Part shown: one piece after another, positions 51,179 to 61,769 of the stretch
Layout of the letters: every line of letters starts with the position of its first letter
Numbering within the stretch: position 1 is the first letter of the stretch
Assembly (NCBI GenBank): GCA_963851265.1
Contig: CAWKNZ010000002.1
Location: 928,001-992,000 of the forward strand
Origin: an uncultured Gemmatimonadales bacterium
GTDB lineage: Bacteria; Gemmatimonadota; Gemmatimonadetes; Gemmatimonadales; Gemmatimonadaceae
Direction of reading: 5' to 3'
DNA length: 64,000 bases
Program-made: the position numbers and the translations under genes
The notes under the pieces: generated by a model
What the model was told of the DNA's origin: nothing
The model's database searches: none
The model's input: only the letters and a program-made list of their open reading frames with translations

Positions 51179-52690
51179 GTGCCCTCGCTCTTTTCGCGCA
51201 AGCCGATCGCCGATCACATCACCGACGAGCACGACCCGAACGCGCTCCGGCGCTCGCTCGGGGCGGGCGACCTGATCATGCTCGCGATCGGGGCGGTGAT
51301 CGGGGCGGGGATCTTCGGCTCGATCGGGTCGGCCGCGGCGGGGCAGCTCGACGCGGCCGGGCACGTCGTCCGCGTCGGCGCGGGGCCCGCGCTGGTCCTG
51401 TCGTTTCTGTTGCTCGGGGCCGCGTGCGCGCTGGCGGGACTCTGCTATGCGGAGCTCGCGTCGATGATCCCGCAGGCCGGCAGTGCGTACGCGTACTCGT
51501 ACGCGACGCTCGGCGAGATCGTCGCCTGGATCATCGGGTGGGACCTGATTCTCGAGTACGCGGTCGGGAACGTCGCGGTCGCGATCAGTTGGGGGGACTA
51601 TTTCAAGTCGCTGTTCGGCGGCGCGTTCACGATCCCGGCGTGGCTCAGCACGGGCTACCGGACGGCGCTGCTCTCGAACGACCCCGCGGTGCACGGGCTG
51701 CTCGACAGCGCGCCGCGGCTCTTCGGATTCCCGGTGCTCGTGAACGTCCCCGCGTTCGCGATCGTCGCCGCCATCACGGTCCTCCTGCTGCGCGGCGCGC
51801 GCGAGAGCGCGCGGGCGAACAACGTGATGGTGGTCGTCAAGCTCATCGTGCTCGCGCTGTTCGTCGTGGTCGGCGCGACCCACATCCACCCGCAGAACTA
51901 CCACCCGTTCGCGCCCAACGGCTTCCGCGGCGTCCACCAGGGCGCCGCGATCGTCTTCTTCGCGTACATCGGCTTCGACGCGATCTCGACGGCGGGCGAG
52001 GAGACGCGGAACCCGCAGCGCAACCTCCCGATCGGCATCCTCGGCGGCCTGGCGATCTGCACGGTGATCTACATCATCATCGGCGCGGTGCTCACGGGGA
52101 TGGTGCCGTACACCGAGTTGGGCAAGGCGGCCGACCCGCTCGCCTACGCGCTCAACGTCTCGGGGCTGACGTGGGTCTCGAAGGTCGTCGCACTCGGCGC
52201 GGTGTTCTCGATGGCGGCGGTGCTCCTCGTCTTCCAGTACGGGCAGCCGCGCATCTTCTTCGCGATGGCGCGGGACGGGCTGCTTCCGCAGTGGGCGGCG
52301 AAGGTGCACCCCGTGCACCGCACGCCGTGGGTGACGACGATGCTCACCGGCGCGTTCGTCTCGCTGTGGTCACTGATCGGCGACGCCAACGAGACCTACG
52401 ACCTGACCAACATCGGGACGCTCTTCGCGTTCACGCTCGTGTGCATCGGCGTGATCGTCCTGCGTCACACCGACCCGGACCGGCACCGGCCCTTCCGCGT
52501 GCCTGCGGTGCACTTCGTCGGGATCGCCGGCGCTGCACTCTGCGTGTTCGTGATGCGCGGACTGCCGCCGATGGCGTGGGAGCGGTTCGGCTACTGGCTG
52601 CTGATCGGGCTGGTGCTGTACTTCGTGTACGGATACCGCAACTCGAGGCTGCGCCGCCCCGGCGCGCTCGCCGCGTCCAGCGGTCGCTGA
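51179..52690 (+). CDS. APC family amino acid permease (CAT-like)
   Basis: GAVIGAGIF, CYAELAS, AGSAYAY, FFAYIGFD. Confidence 0.92.
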   Translation: MPSLFSRKPIADHITDEHDPNALRRSLGAGDLIMLAIGAVIGAGIFGSIGSAAAGQLDAAGHVVRVGAGPALVLSFLLLGAACALAGLCYAELASMIPQAGSAYAYSYATLGEIVAWIIGWDLILEYAVGNVAVAISWGDYFKSLFGGAFTIPAWLSTGYRTALLSNDPAVHGLLDSAPRLFGFPVLVNVPAFAIVAAITVLLLRGARESARANNVMVVVKLIVLALFVVVGATHIHPQNYHPFAPNGFRGVHQGAAIVFFAYIGFDAISTAGEETRNPQRNLPIGILGGLAICTVIYIIIGAVLTGMVPYTELGKAADPLAYALNVSGLTWVSKVVALGAVFSMAAVLLVFQYGQPRIFFAMARDGLLPQWAAKVHPVHRTPWVTTMLTGAFVSLWSLIGDANETYDLTNIGTLFAFTLVCIGVIVLRHTDPDRHRPFRVPAVHFVGIAGAALCVFVMRGLPPMAWERFGYWLLIGLVLYFVYGYRNSRLRRPGALAASSGR

Positions 52691-52693
52691 CGC

Positions 52694-54043
52694 GTGAACG
52701 AGCGGTCGAACGCACGCGCGACCGCCGGCGCGCCGACGCGGCGCCGTGGGATCGGGCGCGTGACGCTCACGCAGTGGATCGTCGTCAGCATGGTCGTCGG
52801 CGTCCTGATCGGCGTCGTCGCGCCCGCGGCCGCGGTCCAGCTCAAGCCGTTGTCGAACATCTTCCTGCGGATGATCAAGTCGCTGATCGTCCCGCTGCTG
52901 TTCAGCACGCTGGTGATCGGCATCGCAGGACACGGCGACGACATGAAGCGGGTCGGCCGACTGGCGCTGCGCTCGATCATCTACTTCGAGCTCGTGACGA
53001 CTGCGGCGCTCGCCGTCGGGCTCACCGCCGTGAACCTCGTGAAGCCGGGGGTCGGCATCACGCTGCCGGCAGAGGCGGGCAAGGACATCGCCGACCTCGC
53101 GACCAAGCAGCCGACGTTAGGCGGCGTCCTGGAGCACACCGTTCCGCAGAGTTTCTTCGAGGCGGCGGCGAACAACGAGGTGCTCCAGGTCGTCTTCTTC
53201 GCGATCCTCTTCGCGGTCGCGCTCGCGCGCGTGGAGGGGCGGCCGAAGCAGTTCTTCCTGGAGTTCTGCGATTCGCTCTCGCAGATCATGTTCAAGTTCG
53301 TCGGCCTCGTGATGGCGTTCGCGCCCGTCGGGATCGGGGCTGCGATCGCCGTGACGGTCGGGAAGAGCGGAATCGGTGTGCTCAAGAATCTCGCGCTGCT
53401 CGTCGGCACACTGTACGGCGCGCTCGTCGTGTTCCTCGTGTGCGTGCTCGTTCCCGTCGCGCTCGCCTTCCGCATCCCGCTCGCGCGCTTCGTCCGCACC
53501 GTGCGCGAGCCGGCGCTGATCGCGTTCTCGACCGCGAGCTCCGAGGCCGCGCTGCCGCGAGCGATTCAGGCGATGGAGGCGTTCGGCGTTCCGCGGCGGA
53601 TCGTCGCCTTCGTCATCCCGACGGGCTACTCGTTCAACCTTGATGGCAGCACGCTGTATCTCGCGCTCGCCTCCGTGTTCGCGGCGCAGGCGGGTGGGAT
53701 TGCGATGCCGATCGGCACGCAGATCCTCATGATGATCACGCTGATGCTGACGAGTAAGGGCGTCGCTGCCGTGCCGCGCGCGTCGCTCGTCATCCTGAGC
53801 GGTGCGCTGACGCAGTTCGGGCTACCGCTTGGCGCGATCGCCGTGATCCTTGGCGTCGACGCACTGATGGACATGGCGCGCACGTCGGTCAACCTGATCG
53901 GCAACTGCCTGGCGACGGCGGTGATGGCGCGCTGGGAGGGCGAGCTAGGCGCCGAGCCGGCGCTCGCGACTGCGCAGGGCGCTGAGCTGGCGAGGCAGGA
54001 ACGGCCGGCGGCCGATCCGGACCTCCTTACCGCTCGTAGATGA
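52694..54043 (+). CDS. Dicarboxylate/amino acid:cation symporter (GltP/DctA family)
   Basis: FLRMIK, AFSTASSE, PTGYSFNLDG, TSKGVAAVP, DMART. Confidence 0.93.
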   Translation: MNERSNARATAGAPTRRRGIGRVTLTQWIVVSMVVGVLIGVVAPAAAVQLKPLSNIFLRMIKSLIVPLLFSTLVIGIAGHGDDMKRVGRLALRSIIYFELVTTAALAVGLTAVNLVKPGVGITLPAEAGKDIADLATKQPTLGGVLEHTVPQSFFEAAANNEVLQVVFFAILFAVALARVEGRPKQFFLEFCDSLSQIMFKFVGLVMAFAPVGIGAAIAVTVGKSGIGVLKNLALLVGTLYGALVVFLVCVLVPVALAFRIPLARFVRTVREPALIAFSTASSEAALPRAIQAMEAFGVPRRIVAFVIPTGYSFNLDGSTLYLALASVFAAQAGGIAMPIGTQILMMITLMLTSKGVAAVPRASLVILSGALTQFGLPLGAIAVILGVDALMDMARTSVNLIGNCLATAVMARWEGELGAEPALATAQGAELARQERPAADPDLLTARR

Positions 54044-54560
54044 CGATCTCGCGTTCCTTGTACGTGGTGCGCGCGACCGGGCGATAGCCGCACTTGTCGG
54101 CGACGCGGATCGACGCTCCGTTCTCGGGCGTGATGATGCAGGCCGTGCGCGCCGGGCGGGGCAGCCGGTCGTCGCCCCACGCGAGTGCGGCGGCGACGGC
54201 TTCGGTCGCGAACCCGCGCCCGTGCGCGCGAGCGCAGAGCGCCCATCCGACCTCGGGCGTTCCATCGAGCGGTGGCGTGAGGGCCCGCCGGAAGTCGGCG
54301 AACCCGACCTCGCCCACGAACGCGTCGGTCGCGGTCTCCCGCACGATCCAGTACCCGTAGCCGAGGAGCGACCAGAGACCGGCGTACCGGAGGAGACGTG
54401 ACCAGGTCTCCTCTTCGGTCGCGCGATGCCCGCCAATGTGGCGCGTGACGACCGGGTCGGCCCACATCGCGGCCGAGTCGGCCAGATCCTCCGGAACGTG
54501 CGCTCGGAGCGTCAGGCGAGCGGTCTCGATGACGGGGGCACAATCGCGTGAGATGGGCAT
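54027..54560 (-). CDS. GNAT acetyltransferase (RimJ/RimL-like)
   Basis: ETARLTLR, EVGW, HGRGFATEA, NGASIRVADKCG; 17-bp convergent overlap with the symporter. Confidence 0.88.
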   Translation of the reverse strand: MPISRDCAPVIETARLTLRAHVPEDLADSAAMWADPVVTRHIGGHRATEEETWSRLLRYAGLWSLLGYGYWIVRETATDAFVGEVGFADFRRALTPPLDGTPEVGWALCARAHGRGFATEAVAAALAWGDDRLPRPARTACIITPENGASIRVADKCGYRPVARTTYKEREIVIYER

Positions 54561-54692
54561 GAGACCAGGCTAGCGAAGCGCGGCGCGAGCCGGAATGCGC
54601 TGAAGAGTTCGCGAGCACGAGGAGATCCGGGACGGTGGCATCACCCGTGCTCGGTGAGGCGCCGTACACTCCTTCTACGCTCTGAGGATCCC

Positions 54693-55274
54693 ATGGCGAC
54701 TGCCACAATCGACACCGAGTCGAAGTCCGGCTCCAAGCAGGACAACAAGGCTGGAAAGAACGACGCGAACGGCAAGGCGCCGTCCCGCCCGGTCGAGCCG
54801 ACGCGGAACGATCTCCCGGCGGAGACGCGCGGCGAGATGATCCAGCTGTGCAACATGCGCCTGGCTGATTGCATCGACCTACAGACGCAGACGAAGCAGG
54901 CACACTGGAACGTCCGCGGTCCGCACTTCTGGGGCTTGCACAAGCTGTTCGACAAGATCAACGAGGCGGTCGAGGAGTACGTCGACCTGATCGCGGAACG
55001 CGCCGCTCAACTCGGGGGCGAGGTCGAGGGTACCGCGCGTATGGTCGCGTCGCGCTCGACGCTCCCCGAGTTCCCGAAGGGGATCCACGGCGGCATGGAC
55101 AGCGTCAAGGCGCTCTCCACCGCGCTGTCGTCGTTCGGAAAGGTTGCCCGCGAGGCGATCGACACGGCGGACGAGGCGAACGACGCCGACACGTCCGACA
55201 TGTTCACGGAGATCTCGCGCGGCATCGACCAGTGGCTGTGGTTCGTCGAGGCTCACCTGCAGGCCGACAACTGA
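54693..55274 (+). CDS. dps: DNA protection during starvation protein Dps
   Basis: TKQAHWNVRGP, LHKLFD, DLIAER, LWFVEAH; GAGGA SD and TACACT upstream. Confidence 0.95.
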   Translation: MATATIDTESKSGSKQDNKAGKNDANGKAPSRPVEPTRNDLPAETRGEMIQLCNMRLADCIDLQTQTKQAHWNVRGPHFWGLHKLFDKINEAVEEYVDLIAERAAQLGGEVEGTARMVASRSTLPEFPKGIHGGMDSVKALSTALSSFGKVAREAIDTADEANDADTSDMFTEISRGIDQWLWFVEAHLQADN

Positions 55275-55296
55275 CGGCTCGGCCGGCACGCGCGTG

Positions 55297-55329
55297 AACG
55301 GGGCGGCCCCAAAGGGCCGCCCCGTTTTT
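55297..55329 (+). terminator. Intrinsic terminator after dps
   Basis: AACGGGGCGGCCC-CAAA-GGGCCGCCCCGTT then TTT. Confidence 0.88.
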
Positions 55330-55385
55330 GCGAGCTTTGTTCGGCGCGTGACCGTGCCAGGAGCGCGTTGAGGAGCCGCCCGCCA

Positions 55386-56501
55386 CTACGACGGGGCGAG
55401 CTCGATCCCAAGCATCCGGAGCGCGCCCCGGACGGCGCCGCGCGCCGGTTCCACGTCGGCTTGACGCAGCTGCGCACCGGGGACGGCCGTCTTGAGCCGG
55501 TGTTCGAGCCGCCGCCGAAGCGCGCCGCGCACGAGGAGGCCGCCCGCGAACGCGAGCGGGACCGCCGCGCGCTCGTCCACGAACAGTGCGCGCGCGAGCG
55601 TCCGCACGTGGAGGACGAGTTCCTCGACGCCCAGGGCCAGCAGGGCGTTGGCCCGCAGATCTCCGTCGCTCGCGACGCGGACGACCACGGGTGCGAGCGT
55701 CGCGAAGTCGGCCGGCGTCGCGCGCGCCGCCCACGCGATCATCGCGCTCGGGTGGTCGCCGTCGATCGCGCCGAGCAGGGCGGGGACGAGGGCGGTCTCG
55801 GGCTCGCGTCCGTCAGCGGCCGCGGCGGCGATGTTGAGCGCGCGACGACCGAGCCAAGCGCCGCCACCCTCGTCGCCGATGACGGGCCCCCACCCGCCGC
55901 ACCGCTCGAACCGACCGTCCGGCGCGCGGCCGTACGCGATCGAGCCGGTGCCCGCGATGAGGAGGATGCCAGGACCCTCGCCGAACGCGTCGTCCAGCGC
56001 GATCGCCGCGTCGGTCGTGACGTCAACGGCCGCTGCGAGCGCGCGCGCGGTGAGCGCGTCGGCGAGGGCATCGCGTTCCGCCTCGCGCCCGACGCCGGCG
56101 ACACCCACGACTAGCGCGGCAGGGCGCGTGAGTTCGTCTCCGGCGGCGCGAAGCGCGTCGCGCACGCAGGCCGCGATCACGTCGGCTGCGTGCGGCACGC
56201 CGCCCGGACGGACCGCCGAGGCCGGACCGTCCGCCGTACCGAGGACCGTGCCGTCAACGCGCGCGACGACGGCGCACGTCTTCGACCCACCGCCATCCAC
56301 GCCGACCACGATGCGTTCCGCACGCGCCGGTTCGGCCAGCCCCGGTTCGGCGAGCCCCGGTTCGCGCGCTTCGGCGTGCGGCGCGTCTTCAGCAGGGACG
56401 GAGTCGCGCGTGAACTCACGCGGTGCGTTCGGGCCGGAGTCGGACTCGTCGCCCGTGTCGCTGACCGAAGTTTCCGGCGCGATCTCGCGCGGATCGCTCA
56501 T
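55386..56501 (-). CDS. BadF/BadG/BcrA/BcrD family N-acetyl-amino-sugar kinase
   Basis: GVDGGGSKT, IAGTGS, GGWGPVIGDEGGG; acidic N-terminal extension; ATGA overlap with the symporter. Confidence 0.85.
   Translation of the reverse strand: MSDPREIAPETSVSDTGDESDSGPNAPREFTRDSVPAEDAPHAEAREPGLAEPGLAEPARAERIVVGVDGGGSKTCAVVARVDGTVLGTADGPASAVRPGGVPHAADVIAACVRDALRAAGDELTRPAALVVGVAGVGREAERDALADALTARALAAAVDVTTDAAIALDDAFGEGPGILLIAGTGSIAYGRAPDGRFERCGGWGPVIGDEGGGAWLGRRALNIAAAAADGREPETALVPALLGAIDGDHPSAMIAWAARATPADFATLAPVVVRVASDGDLRANALLALGVEELVLHVRTLARALFVDERAAVPLAFAGGLLVRGALRRRLEHRLKTAVPGAQLRQADVEPARGAVRGALRMLGIELAPS
56327..56364 (-). repeat. 15-bp in-frame tandem repeat
   Basis: CCGGTTCGGCCAGCC-CCGGTTCGGCGAGCC-CCGGTTCG, encoding EPGLAEPGLAEP. 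Confidence 0.75.
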
Positions 56502-58039
56502 GCCGGCTGAGGGCGCGCTACGTCCGGCGCCGGGTGCGTGAATGACGACACGACTCCAGTCGTGAGGGTGAGGGCCGTGCCGATCAGCACGAACCACGGC
56601 CAGGCGATGCGCGCGAACGGCGCGAGCGGTTGCGCGAGGGACGGGACTACCGCCCCGATCTGTTTCGCGAACACGATGAACGCCATCGCCGCGATCCCGA
56701 CGCTCATGCCGAGGAGCGCATCGCGCTGCACGGCGCGGGGCCAGAACACGCCGAGGAAGAACCCGCCGAGCAGGCCGCCATAGGTGAACGACGCGATGCC
56801 GAGGGCGACCACCACGACCGGCGTCCCGTTGTCGCGAAACAGCAGCGCACCGGCCGTGAGCGCGACGCCCCACGCGAGCGCGAACAGCTTCCCCGCGCGC
56901 AGCGTCCCGGGATCGTCGGCGCGGCGCCCGGTGAGCGGGAGGTAGAGGTCGTGGGTGGTCGCCGCGGCGAGCGAGTTGATGGCGCCAGAGTGCGTGCTCA
57001 TCGTCGCCGCGACGATCGCCGCGACGATCAAGCCGACGAGGCCGGCCGGCATGTGGTCGACGATGAACGACGGGAAAATCGCATCCGTCGCGGCGAACGC
57101 TCGGCCACGGTAATACGCCCAGAGGCCGAGTCCGATGAAGAGGAACAGCGTGAACTGCGCAAACACCGCGAAGCCGCTGCCCACGACGGCACGTTGCGCG
57201 TCGCGCAGCGAACGCGCGGAGAGCAGTCGCTGCACGATGAGTTGATCGGTGCCGTGCGACGCCATCGCGAGGAATGCGCCGCCGAGCAGACCGGCCCAGA
57301 GAGTCTGCGCGCGGTCGAGACCGGCGTAGGTGTCGATCACCCGCAGCTTTCCCGCGGCGCCGACCGTGTGCACGATCGCGCCCCAGCCGCCGGGCACGGC
57401 GCGACCGAGGAGGACGAGCGCGCACAGGCCCCCGAACACGTACACGGCCGCCTGCACGAGCTCCGTCCACACGACCGCCTTCATGCCGCCCTTGTACGTG
57501 TAGACGACGGTGAGCGCGCCGAGGGCGAGAATCGCCGCGGGCATCACGCGCGACGAATCGCGAACGGTCGGGCTGATGATGAGGGCGATCGGGATCGCCG
57601 TCGCGAACACGCGTACCGAGTCGGCGAGCGCCCGCGTGATCATGAAGACGATCGACGCGAACCGTCGCGTCGCGATCCCGAACCGCCGCTCGAGGAGCGT
57701 GTAGGCCGTGACGAGTTCGCCCTGGAAGTAGCGCGGCAGCAGGACTCGCGCGACCACGACGCGACCGACGATGTAGCCGGCCACGATCTGGAGGAAGCCG
57801 AGGTCGCCCGCGCCGGGCTTGGCGCCGTACGCGAGTCCGGGCGTGCTGATGAAGGTGAGCGCGCTCGTTTCGCTCGCCACGATGGAGAAGAGCACGGCCC
57901 ACCACGGAATCGCACGGTCCGCGACGAAGTAGTCCGTCGCATTCTGCTGCCGCCGACCGAGCCAGATACCGAGTCCCGTGGTGCCCGCGAGGTAGGCCAC
58001 GAGCACGAGCGCATCGAGCGCGGTGAATCGCGTGCTCAC
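56498..58039 (-). CDS. Sodium:solute symporter (SSS)
   Basis: DYFVADRAIPWW, ASETSALTF, YTYKGGMKAVVWT, GTDQLIVQR, AATMST. Confidence 0.92.
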   Translation of the reverse strand: MSTRFTALDALVLVAYLAGTTGLGIWLGRRQQNATDYFVADRAIPWWAVLFSIVASETSALTFISTPGLAYGAKPGAGDLGFLQIVAGYIVGRVVVARVLLPRYFQGELVTAYTLLERRFGIATRRFASIVFMITRALADSVRVFATAIPIALIISPTVRDSSRVMPAAILALGALTVVYTYKGGMKAVVWTELVQAAVYVFGGLCALVLLGRAVPGGWGAIVHTVGAAGKLRVIDTYAGLDRAQTLWAGLLGGAFLAMASHGTDQLIVQRLLSARSLRDAQRAVVGSGFAVFAQFTLFLFIGLGLWAYYRGRAFAATDAIFPSFIVDHMPAGLVGLIVAAIVAATMSTHSGAINSLAAATTHDLYLPLTGRRADDPGTLRAGKLFALAWGVALTAGALLFRDNGTPVVVVALGIASFTYGGLLGGFFLGVFWPRAVQRDALLGMSVGIAAMAFIVFAKQIGAVVPSLAQPLAPFARIAWPWFVLIGTALTLTTGVVSSFTHPAPDVARPQPA

Positions 58040-58079
58040 GCGTCGGGGCGCGCGGTTGGGACTGCGCCGCGCCAAAGCG

Positions 58080-58115
58080 CGAAGGCCCGCGGTCCGAGTG
58101 GACCGCGGGCCTTCG
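58080..58115 (-). terminator. 16-bp perfect hairpin downstream of erpA
   Basis: CGAAGGCCCGCGGTCC-GAGT-GGACCGCGGGCCTTCG; short T run follows on the - strand. Confidence 0.65.
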
Positions 58116-58160
58116 GGTCGAGCGCGGCGCCGGGTGGGGCGCCGGTCGAGCGAGACGCCA

Positions 58161-58517
58161 TCAGGCCGAGAACGAGCTGCCGCAGCCGCAGCCGCCGGTC
58201 GCGTTCGGGTTCTTGAACGTGAAGCCGGAGCCCTGCATCGACGAGACGTAGTCGATCGTCACGCCGCTGATGTACTGCGCGGAGAACGGGTCGATGAAGA
58301 CCTTGAACTCGCCCTGATCGAGCACGAGATCGTCCTCGGCCGGCTGGTCCTCGATGAGGAGTCCGTACTTGAACCCGCTGCACCCGCCGGGCTGAACGCT
58401 CACGCGCAGGCCGCCCTGATCGTAGGCGACGCCCTCGGCGTCCATGAACTTCTTGACCTCAACGCCGGCCGTCGGGGTAACCGATAGGGCCAGCTCGGGC
58501 TGACTTGCAATGCTCAT
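58161..58517 (-). CDS. erpA: A-type Fe-S carrier (ErpA/IscA/HesB family)
   Basis: GGCSGFKY, FKNPNA, CGCGSSF; GGAGG SD; family certain, ortholog name tentative. Confidence 0.88.
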   Translation of the reverse strand: MSIASQPELALSVTPTAGVEVKKFMDAEGVAYDQGGLRVSVQPGGCSGFKYGLLIEDQPAEDDLVLDQGEFKVFIDPFSAQYISGVTIDYVSSMQGSGFTFKNPNATGGCGCGSSFSA

Positions 58518-58626
58518 CCGAACCTCCGGTGAGAGTCGCGCGCGAGCACATCCCGCGCGTGGTAGCTGCCGCGCAATCTACGGGCGGCATTTCTGCAGAG
58601 CTATACCCGCGCCGTGCCCGCCCGGT

Positions 58627-60495
<1,869 letters not shown>

Positions 60496-60497
60496 CG

Positions 60498-61769
60498 TCA
60501 GCGCGCGGTGAGGGGCGTGGGGGAGGACACGGTCGGGGACGCGCCGAGCGCGCGCATGACCGCGTCCGTGAGCGCGACCCGCACGCCCCCGATCTTGGTG
60601 TTCATGCGCGTCGGGTTGACGCGGTTGGTGAGCAGAATGATGTACGTGCGGCGCGCCGGGTCGATCCAAATCGACGTCCCGGTGAATCCGGTGTGCCCGA
60701 ATGCGCGCCGCGAGAGGTAGTGCCCGGCCGAATTGCCGCCGGTCGGCGTCTCCCACCCGATCGCGCGGCGAGAGACGGTGGTGTCCTGCGCGCGGGTGAA
60801 CAGGGCGACCGTCGCCGAATCGAACACGCGGCGGCCGTCGACCGCGCCGCCGTTGAGGTACGCGCGCGCGAGCCGCCCGAGGTCGGCGCCGGTCGAGAAC
60901 AGCCCCGCGTGCCCCGACACGCCGCCTAACGCCGCGGCGTTCTCGTCGTGCACCTCGCCCCGCAACTTGCGCTGGCGCCACGGGTCGAACTCGGTGGGCG
61001 CGATCCGCGCGAGCTCGGCGGCCGGCGGCAGGTAGCGCGTGTCGCGCATGCCGAGCGGGCCGAACACGTGCCGCTGCAGGTACGCGTCGAGCGGCTCGCC
61101 CGTGACCCGGGCGACGAGCGCGCCGAGCGTGATGAAGTTGAGGTCGCTGTAGACGTAGCGGACGCCGGGCCCGGTATCCGGCTTGGTCGCGAGCGCGAGG
61201 GCGAGCGCGGAGGCGGGGTCGGTCGCCTCCTTGTACAGCGGCCGCCACGGCGGCAGCCCCGAGCTGTGCGTCATGAGTTGGCGCACGGTGATTCGCGCCT
61301 TGCCGGGGGCGTCGGAGGGGGCGAACGCGGGGAGGTAGCGGACGACCGGACTGTCGAGCGCGACCCGGCCCGACGCCACGAGTTGCAGCATCGCCGACGT
61401 CGTGCCGACGACCTTCGTCAGCGAGGCGAGGTCCCAGAGCGTCGTCGAGTCCGGCCGCGGCGCCGTCGGGCTCCAGTCGATCCGCCCGGCGCCGAAGCCG
61501 ACCGTCTCACCCTGCGCGTCGCCGACGACCGCGTACGCGCCCGGGAAGGCGCTGTCCGCGACGGCGCGTGCGAGGACGGCGCGCATACTGTCGAGCACCG
61601 CGCCGCGCGTGCGCTCGCTCGCGAGCGCCGGCGTGTGGACCCGCTGCGCGCCCGCCCGCCCGGCGAGAAGCGCTGCCGCCGTCGTGATCGCGGCCGCGAT
61701 CGCCAGCGCGCGTGCGCGCGTCCCGTACGCCGCCCGCGGTCGCGGCCAGCGCGTTCCAGACCGCGTCAT
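60498..61769 (-). CDS. Secreted beta-lactamase-family serine hydrolase (AmiE-like)
   Basis: Signal peptide, SLTK, YSD, GEVHDENA, GHAGLFST, GHTGFTGT. Confidence 0.88.
   Translation of the reverse strand: MTRSGTRWPRPRAAYGTRARALAIAAAITTAAALLAGRAGAQRVHTPALASERTRGAVLDSMRAVLARAVADSAFPGAYAVVGDAQGETVGFGAGRIDWSPTAPRPDSTTLWDLASLTKVVGTTSAMLQLVASGRVALDSPVVRYLPAFAPSDAPGKARITVRQLMTHSSGLPPWRPLYKEATDPASALALALATKPDTGPGVRYVYSDLNFITLGALVARVTGEPLDAYLQRHVFGPLGMRDTRYLPPAAELARIAPTEFDPWRQRKLRGEVHDENAAALGGVSGHAGLFSTGADLGRLARAYLNGGAVDGRRVFDSATVALFTRAQDTTVSRRAIGWETPTGGNSAGHYLSRRAFGHTGFTGTSIWIDPARRTYIILLTNRVNPTRMNTKIGGVRVALTDAVMRALGASPTVSSPTPLTAR

Noticed and set aside
60498..61769. Beta-lactam resistance gene
   Set aside because: The GEVHDENA/GHAGLFS subfamily motifs and coupling to nagZ fit a cell-wall amidase/esterase better.
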